From: Nanobdellota archaeon
Lineage (GTDB): Archaea; Nanobdellota; Nanobdellia; Pacearchaeales; GW2011-AR1
Assembly: GCA_038045145.1 (NCBI GenBank)
Contig: JBBSYQ010000006.1
Coordinates: 1-46,057, forward strand
Direction of reading: 5' to 3'
DNA length: 46,057 bases
The notes under the pieces were generated by a model. The model was not told the origin of the DNA, ran no database searches, and worked only from the letters and a program-made list of their open reading frames with translations. A program made the position numbers and the translations under genes. Below are positions 16,042 to 24,763 of this stretch, piece by piece (within the stretch, counting starts at the first letter, position 1; every line of letters begins with the position of its first letter).

Positions 16042-16473
16042 TTAATTAAGCGGTTTCTGCGGAGGTTCGGAAGGAGATAGAGGGTAGGGAATTATGCTCG
16101 TGGTTGGCTTGGGATATTTGCTAAGGAGTTCATCCTCTTTAGTTTTGTATAAAATCATTGCCTCTTCAAGAGTAATATAGTCATTTCCATTCGCAGCCAG
16201 TCTGTAAAGGGACAATAGCTGGCCTGAAGTTATCTTATTTTTATCTTCGGAGTTTATGGACATTTGAAGAAGTATAACTTGAGACATTACTCTCTCTGCT
16301 TCTTCATCCATCTTGTATCTTGCCATGTAAAATAACGGATCTGGCGACGTTATATACACTATTTCTGTTTTAATTTTCGGGGTATCTCCGTTATAACCTG
16401 AATTTGGATCGGATAAAAAACTGCATCCTGCAAGTCCGGCTGACAATAAAACAGCTGTCAATGTTTTTCTCAT
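16042..16473 (-). CDS. putative lipoprotein
   Basis: Signal peptide with a lipobox (LLSAGLAGC). Pro-rich C-terminus. Confidence 0.6.
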   Translation of the reverse strand: MRKTLTAVLLSAGLAGCSFLSDPNSGYNGDTPKIKTEIVYITSPDPLFYMARYKMDEEAERVMSQVILLQMSINSEDKNKITSGQLLSLYRLAANGNDYITLEEAMILYKTKEDELLSKYPKPTTSIIPYPLSPSEPPQKPLN

Positions 16474-16608
16474 AAAATTCCTACATATTGCCGGTTAATA
16501 AAAATAGTTATGACGGAAAATATAAATTGAATTAAAAAATAATAAAAAATTAATGGAAATTGTAAACACAAAATAAATTAAAAATCACAAAAAAAGAGCA
16601 AACTGAAG

Positions 16609-16680
16609 TTATCTTCTTTTTTTCTTAGTTCCAGTTTTCCTCTTTGTTGTTTTCTTTTTTGCTTTTCTTTTAGCTGGCAT
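16609..16680 (-). CDS. candidate 23-aa highly basic micro-protein
   Basis: Hand translation gives MPAKRKAKKKTTKRKTGTKKKRR*. A GAGG lies about 10 nt upstream. It sits in an otherwise empty 320-nt gap. The composition resembles tiny basic r-proteins, with no proof. Confidence 0.25.
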   Translation of the reverse strand: MPAKRKAKKKTTKRKTGTKKKRR

Positions 16681-16793
16681 TTTATAAACCTCTTTTTATT
16701 TATTCTAATACGCAGAATAGGTTTAAATACTTTTCTGAAAAATTGCAGAATTATAAAAAATATTTTTTATTGTAAATATTCTCCGTCGGTAAA

Positions 16794-18221
16794 TCAGAAC
16801 ACTGAAATAAACCAGTAAACCATTAATATTAAAATTATGAAAAGAATCAAATAAGTTGAAAATGAAAAAAGTTTTTTCGCTTTTTGTTCGCTTTTTGTAA
16901 GTGCTAACACTGTAAGGTAAAAGAATCTGCCGCCGTCGAAGATTCCGACTGGAAGCATGTTAACAAGTGCAACGCTGATGCTTATTAAAGCAAGCCACCA
17001 CAATAAATTGTAGATAAATATGCTGAATCCGTAGAATCTTGGCTGATAATATGTATTTGGTTTTTTAAACGAGGATAGTGCGGAATAAAAACTTGAAACT
17101 AATCCCGTTTTTTTCTGCGAATAAAATACGATGCCGAGCCAAGCTTTTTTATTTATGGGATTTTCTCCGAGGACAACATCCTTGTCATAATCTGTTCCGT
17201 CCTTGTCCAGGACAGTGAGGGTTATTTTTTCTCCTGGAGAATATTTTGAGAGTTCGCCTTCAATTTCTCCGACATTTGTTATTTTTTCTCCGTTTATTTT
17301 TGTTATAACGCTCTCGAGATTTGCATTTACCGCCGGAGCATCATAATATAAAACAACTCCCGTTTTATCTTTTTGCTCTTCAAAAGAATTTTTTGTGACG
17401 ACATATTGCATTCCGTCGTCGGTTTTTATCTTGTTTAATCCGTCATCGTTCATCAAGCTTAATGCATTTTCATAATTTGCATTTCCAAGATTTATCTCGT
17501 TTACTGAAACCATCGCAGATAAGCCCACAACATTGTAGGGGTAGCTGTCATAAATAATTCCCGCGGGGCTGAATGCTAACGAAAAGAAAATCCATATAAC
17601 GCCGAAGAAGATTATTGCTGTAATGACATTTGCAAATGTTCCAGCGGACAATATTGCAAGTTGGCTGCTGATTTTTTTCTTCACCATTTTTTTCTCGTCA
17701 AGCTCAACAAATGCCGCGAGAAAAATAGGAAGGAAAAATGGAAAAAATCCAAATCCCGTAGATTTAATCCTTATCTTGTTGTATGCTGCGAAAATTCCGT
17801 GGGAAAATTCGTGGGAAATTGCGATAATCGCAATTATTAAAATCCAATAAGTAAAATAAAACGGCGGCAAAAAATCAAGTTTAAGAATCTGCGGCAAATA
17901 TGGAACAAGCGGCGTTATCGGCGGAATTTTAATTTCTTTCACGACGGCGGGAAAGCGTATGTACAAATAAACAATTTTGCCAAGCAGATAAAACATCGAC
18001 ACCATCAGGATATACCCCGTTATTATCGAGACGTAACTTAAAATTCCGAGAGTTTTGCTGTATTTTTTCCCGACGGCATTTATCAGTTTTATTCCCCAGC
18101 TTTCTTTGTAAAGAAAAAGCAAACCCTCTCTTTTTAGTTTGCTCCTGTTTTTGTAAAGAAACAGCGATACAAATACCGCGAATAAAACAAGGAAAGTTAC
18201 ATCATAAAAAAGAAAATTCAT
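16794..18221 (-). CDS. site-2 protease (peptidase M50) with PDZ domain
   Basis: HEFSHG zinc motif inside a TM helix and a C-terminal NMLPVGIFDGGRF motif, with a PDZ-like insert between them. Polytopic membrane protein. Confidence 0.85.
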   Translation of the reverse strand: MNFLFYDVTFLVLFAVFVSLFLYKNRSKLKREGLLFLYKESWGIKLINAVGKKYSKTLGILSYVSIITGYILMVSMFYLLGKIVYLYIRFPAVVKEIKIPPITPLVPYLPQILKLDFLPPFYFTYWILIIAIIAISHEFSHGIFAAYNKIRIKSTGFGFFPFFLPIFLAAFVELDEKKMVKKKISSQLAILSAGTFANVITAIIFFGVIWIFFSLAFSPAGIIYDSYPYNVVGLSAMVSVNEINLGNANYENALSLMNDDGLNKIKTDDGMQYVVTKNSFEEQKDKTGVVLYYDAPAVNANLESVITKINGEKITNVGEIEGELSKYSPGEKITLTVLDKDGTDYDKDVVLGENPINKKAWLGIVFYSQKKTGLVSSFYSALSSFKKPNTYYQPRFYGFSIFIYNLLWWLALISISVALVNMLPVGIFDGGRFFYLTVLALTKSEQKAKKLFSFSTYLILFIILILMVYWFISVF

Positions 18222-18222
18222 T

Positions 18223-18384
18223 TTATTTTTTCCTTAGTGGACCGAAAGCCCTCTTTTTGCATTTCCTGCATTTAACTTTTCCTTCAAGAATTTTTATTGG
18301 TCCGGCTCTTATTTTGCTGTTGCAGTTTTTGCATACAAATACATTTTTGTAGAGTCGGTTCATCGCTTCTAATATCTTAGCCAT
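18223..18384 (-). CDS. rpl40e: 50S ribosomal protein eL40
   Basis: 53-aa ORF missed by the track: MAKILEAMNRLYKNVFVCKNCNSKIRAGPIKILEGKVKCRKCKKRAFGPLRKK. It has the C-x2-C...C-x2-C zinc ribbon and GPLRKK tail typical of L40e. Confidence 0.8.
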   Translation of the reverse strand: MAKILEAMNRLYKNVFVCKNCNSKIRAGPIKILEGKVKCRKCKKRAFGPLRKK

Positions 18385-18433
18385 GATTAGTTTTGGTAAA
18401 AATAGTTTTTAAGGTTTTTCTGTGTTTCAAACT

Positions 18434-18820
18434 TTATAATTTTCGCTTGATTATTTTTTCACCTTCAATATCCCAGTATTCAACATTTGAATTTTCTTCA
18501 AGCTGTTCCTTAATCTCCGGATCGCACCGAATATCCATGTTTTCAAAGTTTTCAAGATCCATTATATTTACATTGTCTCCTATGGATAAAACCTGTCCCT
18601 TTCTTTTGTCTACATTTGGAACATCAAATCTTTCATGCCCTGGAACAACAAAAACTTTTTTTTGTCCGCTTATTATTCCAACCGCCTCAACTCTTACCTT
18701 GGCATGCCCGTGCTTTCCTGTTTTTGAAATATCAATGCTCTTGACGGTGCAGGGAGTCCCGTCGATTATTATATTTGTTCCAACCTTTGCCTCAGTCGCG
18801 TTAATAATCTTTAAAACCAT
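18434..18820 (-). CDS. eif5a: translation initiation/elongation factor aIF5A
   Basis: Hypusine loop is SKTGKHGHAKV. Size and OB-fold C-terminus are typical. Confidence 0.95.
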   Translation of the reverse strand: MVLKIINATEAKVGTNIIIDGTPCTVKSIDISKTGKHGHAKVRVEAVGIISGQKKVFVVPGHERFDVPNVDKRKGQVLSIGDNVNIMDLENFENMDIRCDPEIKEQLEENSNVEYWDIEGEKIIKRKL

Positions 18821-18870
18821 GGACTAATCAAAAAAAATATATTTATAAACATTTTTAATTAGGAATTTGA

Positions 18871-19533
18871 ATGACACTGCAGAAAAAAGATTTCATTGAA
18901 ATAGAATTTACGGGAAAAACAAAAGAAGGCGGGATATTTGATTCAAACATAAAAAAAGATTTGGAGAAAGCCCGCATTGAAATAGAGGCGAAACCTTTTG
19001 TATTCGGTCTCGGAGAAGGCATGTTTCTTAAGGGTGTCGAGGATTTTTTAATTAACAAGGAAATAGGAAAATATGAAATAGAACTTTCTCCGGAAAAAGC
19101 ATTCGGAAACAGGAACTCAAAACTGATTCAGCTAATGCCTGTAAAAATTTTCAGGGAGCAGAAATTAAATCCTGTTCCGGGAATACTTTTCAACTTCGAC
19201 GGCAGAATTGCAAAAGTGCTTTCGGTTTCAGGAGGAAGAGTGATGGTTGATTTTAACAATCCAATCGCCGGAAAAGTAGTTGTTTACTCTATTAATGTTC
19301 TTAGAAAAATAGAGGATATGAATGAAAAAGCAAAAGCATTGATAGAATTTTTCTTCAAACGCGACTTTAAATTTGAAATAAAAGACAAAAAAATAATGAT
19401 TGAAGCTGAAAAGGGTTATAACGAATTTATCAAACTTTTTGAAGGAAAATTTAAGGAAATTCTTGGCTTGGATTTGGATACTAAGGAAGTTGAAACTAAA
19501 GAAGAGAATAAGAAAACTGAAGAAAATAAATAG
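18871..19533 (+). CDS. FKBP-type peptidyl-prolyl cis-trans isomerase
   Basis: FIEIEFTGKTKEGGIFDSN...FVFGLGEGMFLKGVEDFL...G matches the FKBP core, with an insert-in-flap-like segment. The ATG is about 21 nt after TATA 18841-18850. Confidence 0.85.
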   Translation: MTLQKKDFIEIEFTGKTKEGGIFDSNIKKDLEKARIEIEAKPFVFGLGEGMFLKGVEDFLINKEIGKYEIELSPEKAFGNRNSKLIQLMPVKIFREQKLNPVPGILFNFDGRIAKVLSVSGGRVMVDFNNPIAGKVVVYSINVLRKIEDMNEKAKALIEFFFKRDFKFEIKDKKIMIEAEKGYNEFIKLFEGKFKEILGLDLDTKEVETKEENKKTEENK

Positions 19534-19535
19534 AT

Positions 19536-19555
19536 AACAATAATTCTTATAAATA
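19536..19555 (+). promoter_or_regulatory. extended TATA/BRE promoter motif AACAATAATTCTTATAAATA (copy 1)
   Basis: Identical 20-mer to 20052-20071. An ATG lies 19 nt downstream, at 19574. Confidence 0.55.
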
Positions 19556-19616
19556 ACAAATCTATTTTTTTCTATGGCAATTTATCTCGACGGAAGATTG
19601 CTTCTCCGGAAGAAAA

Positions 19617-20036
19617 GTGTTTGACAATGCAAGAGATTGGAAAGAAATGTCTGAAAGAGAAAAACGTCTTGGCTCTTATCCAAAGATGCATCAATGGGGC
19701 ATTTACACCCGGAATTCCGAGGGAAGGTTGACTGAAACAGAAGAAACTTTTTCTGATAAAGATTGCGTAACGCCAAGATTAATCCGTTACGAGCAAAACC
19801 CCGCAACAATTGAATTCATAAATAACGGAATTGTCGTTCCGCAGCATGTAATTGAAATTTTTTCTTCAGGTAGATTAATACTGGAAGAATCCCTGAAAGA
19901 GATTTTGAATGTGCTGGGAAAACGCGAAATTCCGTGCCTGTTGAGTGCAGGTGCGCCAATTGTTTTAAATGCTTATTACATTTCTGAAGAATTAAGAAAA
20001 CAGAGGAAAAATCGGGTAGAAGAAGTCCTCTTATGA
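19617..20036 (+). CDS. hypothetical protein (start uncertain: GTG 19617 or ATG 19647)
   Basis: 139-aa ORF upstream of ftsZ. No family recognised. Confidence 0.5.
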   Translation: MFDNARDWKEMSEREKRLGSYPKMHQWGIYTRNSEGRLTETEETFSDKDCVTPRLIRYEQNPATIEFINNGIVVPQHVIEIFSSGRLILEESLKEILNVLGKREIPCLLSAGAPIVLNAYYISEELRKQRKNRVEEVLL

Positions 20037-20051
20037 TTTCTCTCCGTGAAC

Positions 20052-20071
20052 AACAATAATTCTTATAAATA
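20052..20071 (+). promoter_or_regulatory. ftsZ promoter, AACAATAATTCTTATAAATA (copy 2)
   Basis: The motif ends 20 nt before the ftsZ ATG (20091), which implies a leaderless or near-leaderless mRNA. Confidence 0.6.
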
Positions 20072-20090
20072 GCAATTAGTTATCTCAAAT

Positions 20091-21182
20091 ATGGACAATA
20101 TCTACTCAAGTTCTGAAGCTTCTATGTCCGATGTTAAAGCAGTTGACCGCGAGCTGGAAGAAATTTTAAAAAAACAGTCGGCAAAAATAAAAGTTATCGG
20201 CGTCGGCGGCGGCGGAAATAATTCTTTGGACAGAATGAAGGAAATAGGAATTAAAGGGGGGGAGTTGATTGCTGTAAACACCGACGCGCAGGATTTGCTC
20301 TACACCGACGCAGACCAGAAAATTTTAATCGGAAGAGAACTCACAAAAGGGCTTGGAGCGGGAAGCAATCCAAAAGTTGGCGAGGAAGCTGCAAAAGAAT
20401 CCGAGGCAGAAATAAGAAAAAAGATTGCTGGAAGCGATATGATTTTTATAACCTGCGGTTTGGGCGGAGGAACAGGAACCGGTGCGGCGCCGTTCATCGC
20501 GTCGCTGGCAAAAAAACAGGGCGCGTTGACAATTGGCGTTGTAACCATGCCTTTCACAATTGAAGGAAAAAAAAGAATAGAAAATGCAATGAACGGGTTG
20601 GAAAAAATGGAATCAATTGTTGATACGCTGATTGTAATTCCAAACGACAAACTTCTTGAGCTCGCTCCTGAACTTCCCCTGCATACTGCATTCAAAATTG
20701 CCGACGAGATACTTACAAATGCGGTAAAGGGAATAACAGAACTTGTAACGACAACAGGTTTGGTTAACTTGGATTTTGCAGATGTCAAAGCCGTGATGTC
20801 TGAAGGAGGCGTTTCATTGATAGGAATGGGGGAGGCAAATTCAAGCCAGAGAGCGTTGGAAGCTGTTGAAAAGGCGATACAAAATCCGCTTTTGGATGTT
20901 GACATAGTTGATGCAACAGGAGCATTGATTAATATCATCGGCGGAAACGACATGAGTCTTGACGAGTGCAAATTAATTGTTGAAGCCGTCGGCAGCAAGC
21001 TTTCTCCGGAAGCGAAATTAATTTGGGGAGCACAAATTTCTCCAGATATGGACAAATCAATCCGCGTGTTGCTAATAGTCACCGGCGTAAAAAGTTCCCA
21101 GATTTTCGGACACGGCGAGGATATTAAGGATATGAGGCACAGAGAAATTGAAGAAGAACTTGGAATTGAATTTTTTGAATAA
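20091..21182 (+). CDS. ftsZ: cell division GTPase FtsZ
   Basis: GVGGGGNN, GGGTGTGAAP (tubulin signature) and NLDFADV motifs. Confidence 0.97.
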   Translation: MDNIYSSSEASMSDVKAVDRELEEILKKQSAKIKVIGVGGGGNNSLDRMKEIGIKGGELIAVNTDAQDLLYTDADQKILIGRELTKGLGAGSNPKVGEEAAKESEAEIRKKIAGSDMIFITCGLGGGTGTGAAPFIASLAKKQGALTIGVVTMPFTIEGKKRIENAMNGLEKMESIVDTLIVIPNDKLLELAPELPLHTAFKIADEILTNAVKGITELVTTTGLVNLDFADVKAVMSEGGVSLIGMGEANSSQRALEAVEKAIQNPLLDVDIVDATGALINIIGGNDMSLDECKLIVEAVGSKLSPEAKLIWGAQISPDMDKSIRVLLIVTGVKSSQIFGHGEDIKDMRHREIEEELGIEFFE

Positions 21183-21190
21183 AATTAAAT

Positions 21191-21210
21191 CACAATAATA
21201 ATTATAAATA
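21191..21210 (+). promoter_or_regulatory. promoter motif CACAATAATAATTATAAATA (copy 3)
   Basis: Related 20-mer that ends exactly 20 nt before the ATG at 21230. Confidence 0.55.
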
Positions 21211-21229
21211 CTTAACAATTTTATAAAAA

Positions 21230-21790
21230 ATGCCACTCGCCAAAACTTTTATTTGCATTTACTCCCCTGTTTGCCCCGTGCTTCCAGAAGATTTTTCCAG
21301 AGAAAATTTAGTTGATTATGAAAAAATTACCCATTATCTTGTTTCTAAATTAAGGGAATTGAATATTCCTCATTTGACTTTTCCTGGCTCTGGCAGTGAT
21401 GTAATCGCTTATTGGAAAAATAAAAAATATGATTTATATGAAAGGGGATTGGATTTAGAAGAAAATATGTCTTTAGTTGATTCTTTTGCAAATGAAATAA
21501 ATCCTTCAGAGTTTTACGAATGATGGAGAAAAAGAAATCTTGGAAGAAATTGCGCAGTATCCGTTGGGGCAATTTTTTCAATAGATTGGGACAGAGGAAA
21601 TGGCGAAATTTCAGCGGATTATTTTTATTTTGGAATTAGCGATGGAAAACCAATCCTAAAAAGACATACTTATGGAAAAAGCATGGTATCATACAAAGAC
21701 GATCCCGAGTTTGATATAATGAATGAAGATATATTTGTGAAAGAAATTAGACTTAGCGAAGATCAAGATATTGAGTGCTTAGCTTCATAA
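21230..21790 (+). pseudogene. hypothetical gene interrupted by an in-frame TGA (21521-21523) or by two compensating frameshifts
   Basis: The reading frame of 21230 stays open to TAA 21788-21790 apart from a single TGA. No start codon follows the TGA in that frame. An alternative frame between 21522 and 21583 reads DGEKEILEEIAQYPLGQFFQ. Confidence 0.5.
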
Positions 21791-21841
21791 AAATTTTGCA
21801 TTATTCTAAAAACTTAAAAACTCTTTTTCTCTTTCTAAAAT

Positions 21842-22024
21842 ATGTTAAAGCAAAAATTTGAGGAAATTAAATCCTTCTTCCTTAAATGCAAAAGGGTTTG
21901 GTTTGCTTTAAGAAAGCCGACGAAAAAAGAATTTATACTTGTCGCGAAAATTTCCGCAATCGGAATTTTGATTATCGGTGCCGGCGGATTCGTGATTTCT
22001 GTCGTTATGAATTTATTTTTCTGA
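21842..22024 (+). CDS. secE: protein translocase subunit SecE (Sec61 gamma)
   Basis: 60 aa: an amphipathic N-terminus, then KPTKKEF and a single TM (ISAIGILIIGAGGFVISVVM). This is the classic SecE architecture. Confidence 0.8.
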   Translation: MLKQKFEEIKSFFLKCKRVWFALRKPTKKEFILVAKISAIGILIIGAGGFVISVVMNLFF

Positions 22025-22132
22025 TAATTTTATTTAAAAAACAATTAATGCTTAACTTCGTTTCTAAATAAAAAATAAAATTGATTCACTTTATTCACTA
22101 TTTACTGGGAATATTAACTAAAATATTTTAGG

Positions 22133-22185
22133 TTTTACATTAACAATTTAGATTAATCCCGAGTGTAGCGAGGCAATTTAAACAA
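22133..22185 (+). repeat. intergenic repeat, copy A (~53 nt)
   Basis: TTTTACATTAACAATTTAGATTAATCCCGAGTGTAGCGAGGCAATTTAAACAA. The first 15 nt and the last 16 nt are identical to copy B at 26984-27035. Confidence 0.7.
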
Positions 22186-22232
22186 ATCTTTTTGAACAGA
22201 TAGATTTTTAATCCCCCTGTTTTTTTATTGAT

Positions 22233-23984
22233 ATGGGTTTGGAAAAACTTCTCGGATTTGTTAAAAGAAAAAAAGGAAATTTTAGGAATCTGCTTCTTAC
22301 AGGAATTGTGTCTTCAGCGTTGGTTTTATCTTCTTGTGGTAAGGGGAATAATAACAATGAAACCGACGGCGGAACTAACGGAAATAGCGGAAATGGAAAT
22401 AACACAGAACAAACGCATGTTTTAACTAGCGAAGAAGTCGCGCAGGTATCTTCTGTTTATGATAACCGCATTGTATTTTCAAACCCTGTAGATTATCCCG
22501 TAGGCAGGATAATAGTTTCAGGCGATTTAGATAACAGCTTTTTGCGAAAAATAACAAGCAAATCCCCCGACGGAAGAACATTGTATACAACAAATTCAAA
22601 TTTCCCCGAGGCGGTGGAAAACGGAGTTTTAAGATATTCCGAACCAATTTCTCCGCATAACACATCATTTCGCCCGTTAAAAGAAGGAGTTTCAATTTCA
22701 AATAATTCTCCCTTAACTTTAGGGGATTATGATTTTAATATAAATTTCGACAACGTAGTTCTCTCCGACGGCGTAATTGCAAATGGTTATGTTTTATTAA
22801 CGCTTACACCAGATGTAGAAGCCACTATAGTAAATCATAATCTTGAGAGTTTAATTTTTGGATTAACTTCCGAGGAAATTTCGCATCTTGAGATAACTTC
22901 ATCTGGCTCAGGAGATATAAACAGGGAAATAGATGTTGCGGAAATTAATCCTGTTCCGTTTATAGTTACTATTCCAACTCCAACGCCGATACCGGTTGTA
23001 ATTTTTACTCCTGTTAGATTTTATGTAGGATTAAACGGAAATATCTCTGCCTCTGTGCAAACTTCTGTAACGCAGAACGCAACACTAAACGCAGGAATAC
23101 GCTATCAGAATAATGCATGGACTAAGCTATATAGCTTTTCAAATGATTTTGCTTTTTCTCCACCTGATTTTTCCGGCAATTCAGATTTTGTTGCTTATGC
23201 AGGAGCAGAATTAAAATTTTTATTGTATGGAGTTGCAGGACCTTTTGGACAGATAAATGGTTCTCTTGAACTTAAGGTAACAGATTCATCTTTGGATTTA
23301 TATAGTGGACTTGAAGTTTTATTGGGCGTTGACGCGGAATTTTTCGGAATAGACGACTATTCCACGACGGTTCTTAGCGACAGGGAACTTTTGTTTCATG
23401 ATGAAATTTCACAGCCGCCGCCTGAGCCTGAATTAAACACAATTATTCTCCAGCCAAATTCTGCAGAAATGGAAGACGCCTTTGTTACACTTTATGTTTT
23501 GCCCGACGGAAGTAATAGTTATTCCGGAAGCGATACGACTTATTTGAATGTCGACGAGGACTATTGGTACGGTTCTGGTTCTGAAAGTGAAACTTTTATG
23601 AGATTTCCTCTTGATTTGCCTTCAAATGCAAATATTGAATCCGCCAAATTAAAACTTTATGGGCAGGGAGCTTTTTTATTGGAAACTTCAACAGTTAGCG
23701 TAAGAAAAATATCAAGTGATTGGAACGAGTCAAATGTCAAATGGGACACTAAACCTTCTTACGGGAGTTCTGTTTCAAGTTCTGTTTTACCCGGTGAAAC
23801 AACATGGCATGAATTTAATATAACCTCTCTTGTTCAGGAATGGGTAAACGGCGAGACAAATTACGGGCTTGCACTGACAACAAACAGTCACCGTCCTTCT
23901 GGAGAAAATGCTTTCCAAAGCAGCGATACATCTAATTCAGATTTAAGGCCGATGATTGAGATATCTTATTATTTACAGCAATAA
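22233..23984 (+). CDS. secreted lipoprotein with C-terminal DNRLRE-like domain
   Basis: Lipobox is LVLSSCG, followed by an Asn/Gly-rich linker. The C-terminus (AKLKLYG...VRKISSDWNESNVKWDTKPSYG...WHEFNITSLVQEWVNGETNYGLAL) matches the DNRLRE-type pattern. Confidence 0.65.
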   Translation: MGLEKLLGFVKRKKGNFRNLLLTGIVSSALVLSSCGKGNNNNETDGGTNGNSGNGNNTEQTHVLTSEEVAQVSSVYDNRIVFSNPVDYPVGRIIVSGDLDNSFLRKITSKSPDGRTLYTTNSNFPEAVENGVLRYSEPISPHNTSFRPLKEGVSISNNSPLTLGDYDFNINFDNVVLSDGVIANGYVLLTLTPDVEATIVNHNLESLIFGLTSEEISHLEITSSGSGDINREIDVAEINPVPFIVTIPTPTPIPVVIFTPVRFYVGLNGNISASVQTSVTQNATLNAGIRYQNNAWTKLYSFSNDFAFSPPDFSGNSDFVAYAGAELKFLLYGVAGPFGQINGSLELKVTDSSLDLYSGLEVLLGVDAEFFGIDDYSTTVLSDRELLFHDEISQPPPEPELNTIILQPNSAEMEDAFVTLYVLPDGSNSYSGSDTTYLNVDEDYWYGSGSESETFMRFPLDLPSNANIESAKLKLYGQGAFLLETSTVSVRKISSDWNESNVKWDTKPSYGSSVSSSVLPGETTWHEFNITSLVQEWVNGETNYGLALTTNSHRPSGENAFQSSDTSNSDLRPMIEISYYLQQ

Positions 23985-24113
23985 CAAATTTTATAAACCT
24001 CCTTTTTTATTTTATATTACTACTCCTTTTTTATTAGGACGTAGCGGAGCTCGAGCGATTTCGTGTAGAAAGTAAATTCCTATTCATGATTCGTGCGAGG
24101 TCGGGAGATAAAA

Positions 24114-24563
24114 ATGATTTTTATAATAAGGGTAATGACGAATAAGGAAGAGAAGGCAGTCGACATGATTTCAGACAGAGCCGAGAAAAAAAATCTTAAT
24201 GTATATTCTCTTTTGCGCCCCCATGGATTAAGAGGATACATTCTTCTTGAAGCCGAAGACAGAGAAAGTGCGGAGGAAGCTGTTTTCAATCTCCCGTATG
24301 TAAAAGGGATTATCGGAAAAACAATAAGTTACGAGGAAGTTCAGGATATGATTAAGCCGTCTGTCGAAAACATTTCAATAAAAGAAGGCGACATCGTCGA
24401 ATTGCTCGGTTCACTGAAAGGCGAGAAAGCAAAGGTTTTAAGAATAGACAAGCAGAAGGAAGAAGTCGTCGTGAGTTTGCTGGGAGCGGCAGTTGCATTC
24501 CCTGTAACATTAAAAATAGATAATGTTAAAGTCATAAGGCGCGAGGACGAGGAAGATGAATAA
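24114..24563 (+). CDS. spt5: transcription elongation factor Spt5 (NusG)
   Basis: NGN domain (IFIIRVMTNKEEKAV...GYILLEAED...) plus a KOW motif (IKEGDIVELLGSLKGEKAKVLRID). The ATG at 24114 is preferred over the GTG at 24093. Confidence 0.9.
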   Translation: MIFIIRVMTNKEEKAVDMISDRAEKKNLNVYSLLRPHGLRGYILLEAEDRESAEEAVFNLPYVKGIIGKTISYEEVQDMIKPSVENISIKEGDIVELLGSLKGEKAKVLRIDKQKEEVVVSLLGAAVAFPVTLKIDNVKVIRREDEEDE

Positions 24564-24762
24564 AATAAAAAAATTTTACTATGAGTTTAGATTGGGGGCG
24601 GTTAAAAAAGCGATTAGAATTAATGGAGAAAAAATGGGAAGGTTGTTTAATGAAGAGGGTAAAGATTTTAATTACTCTTACAACTGGATAAGATTAGTGA
24701 ACAAACGGCTGCGTTTAATTTCAATAAATAGTTATTTGGAAAATGAATTGTCTAATTTTTAA
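24556..24762 (+). CDS. hypothetical 68-aa protein wedged between spt5 and rpl11
   Basis: It overlaps the spt5 stop by 8 nt and ends 1 nt before the uL11 ATG (24764). Basic, with no family recognised. Confidence 0.4.
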   Translation: MNKIKKFYYEFRLGAVKKAIRINGEKMGRLFNEEGKDFNYSYNWIRLVNKRLRLISINSYLENELSNF

Positions 24763-24763
24763 A

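Noticed and set aside
20300-21082. 260-aa ORF antisense to ftsZ
   Set aside because: Shadow ORF opposite a certain gene. It is Ser/Ala/Ile-rich with low information content.
21521-21523. UGA reassigned as a sense codon (alternative genetic code)
   Set aside because: TGA terminates uL3 (5650), uL4 (4665), the exonuclease (3818), the helicase (11536) and the transposase (42824) at positions consistent with the family C-termini.
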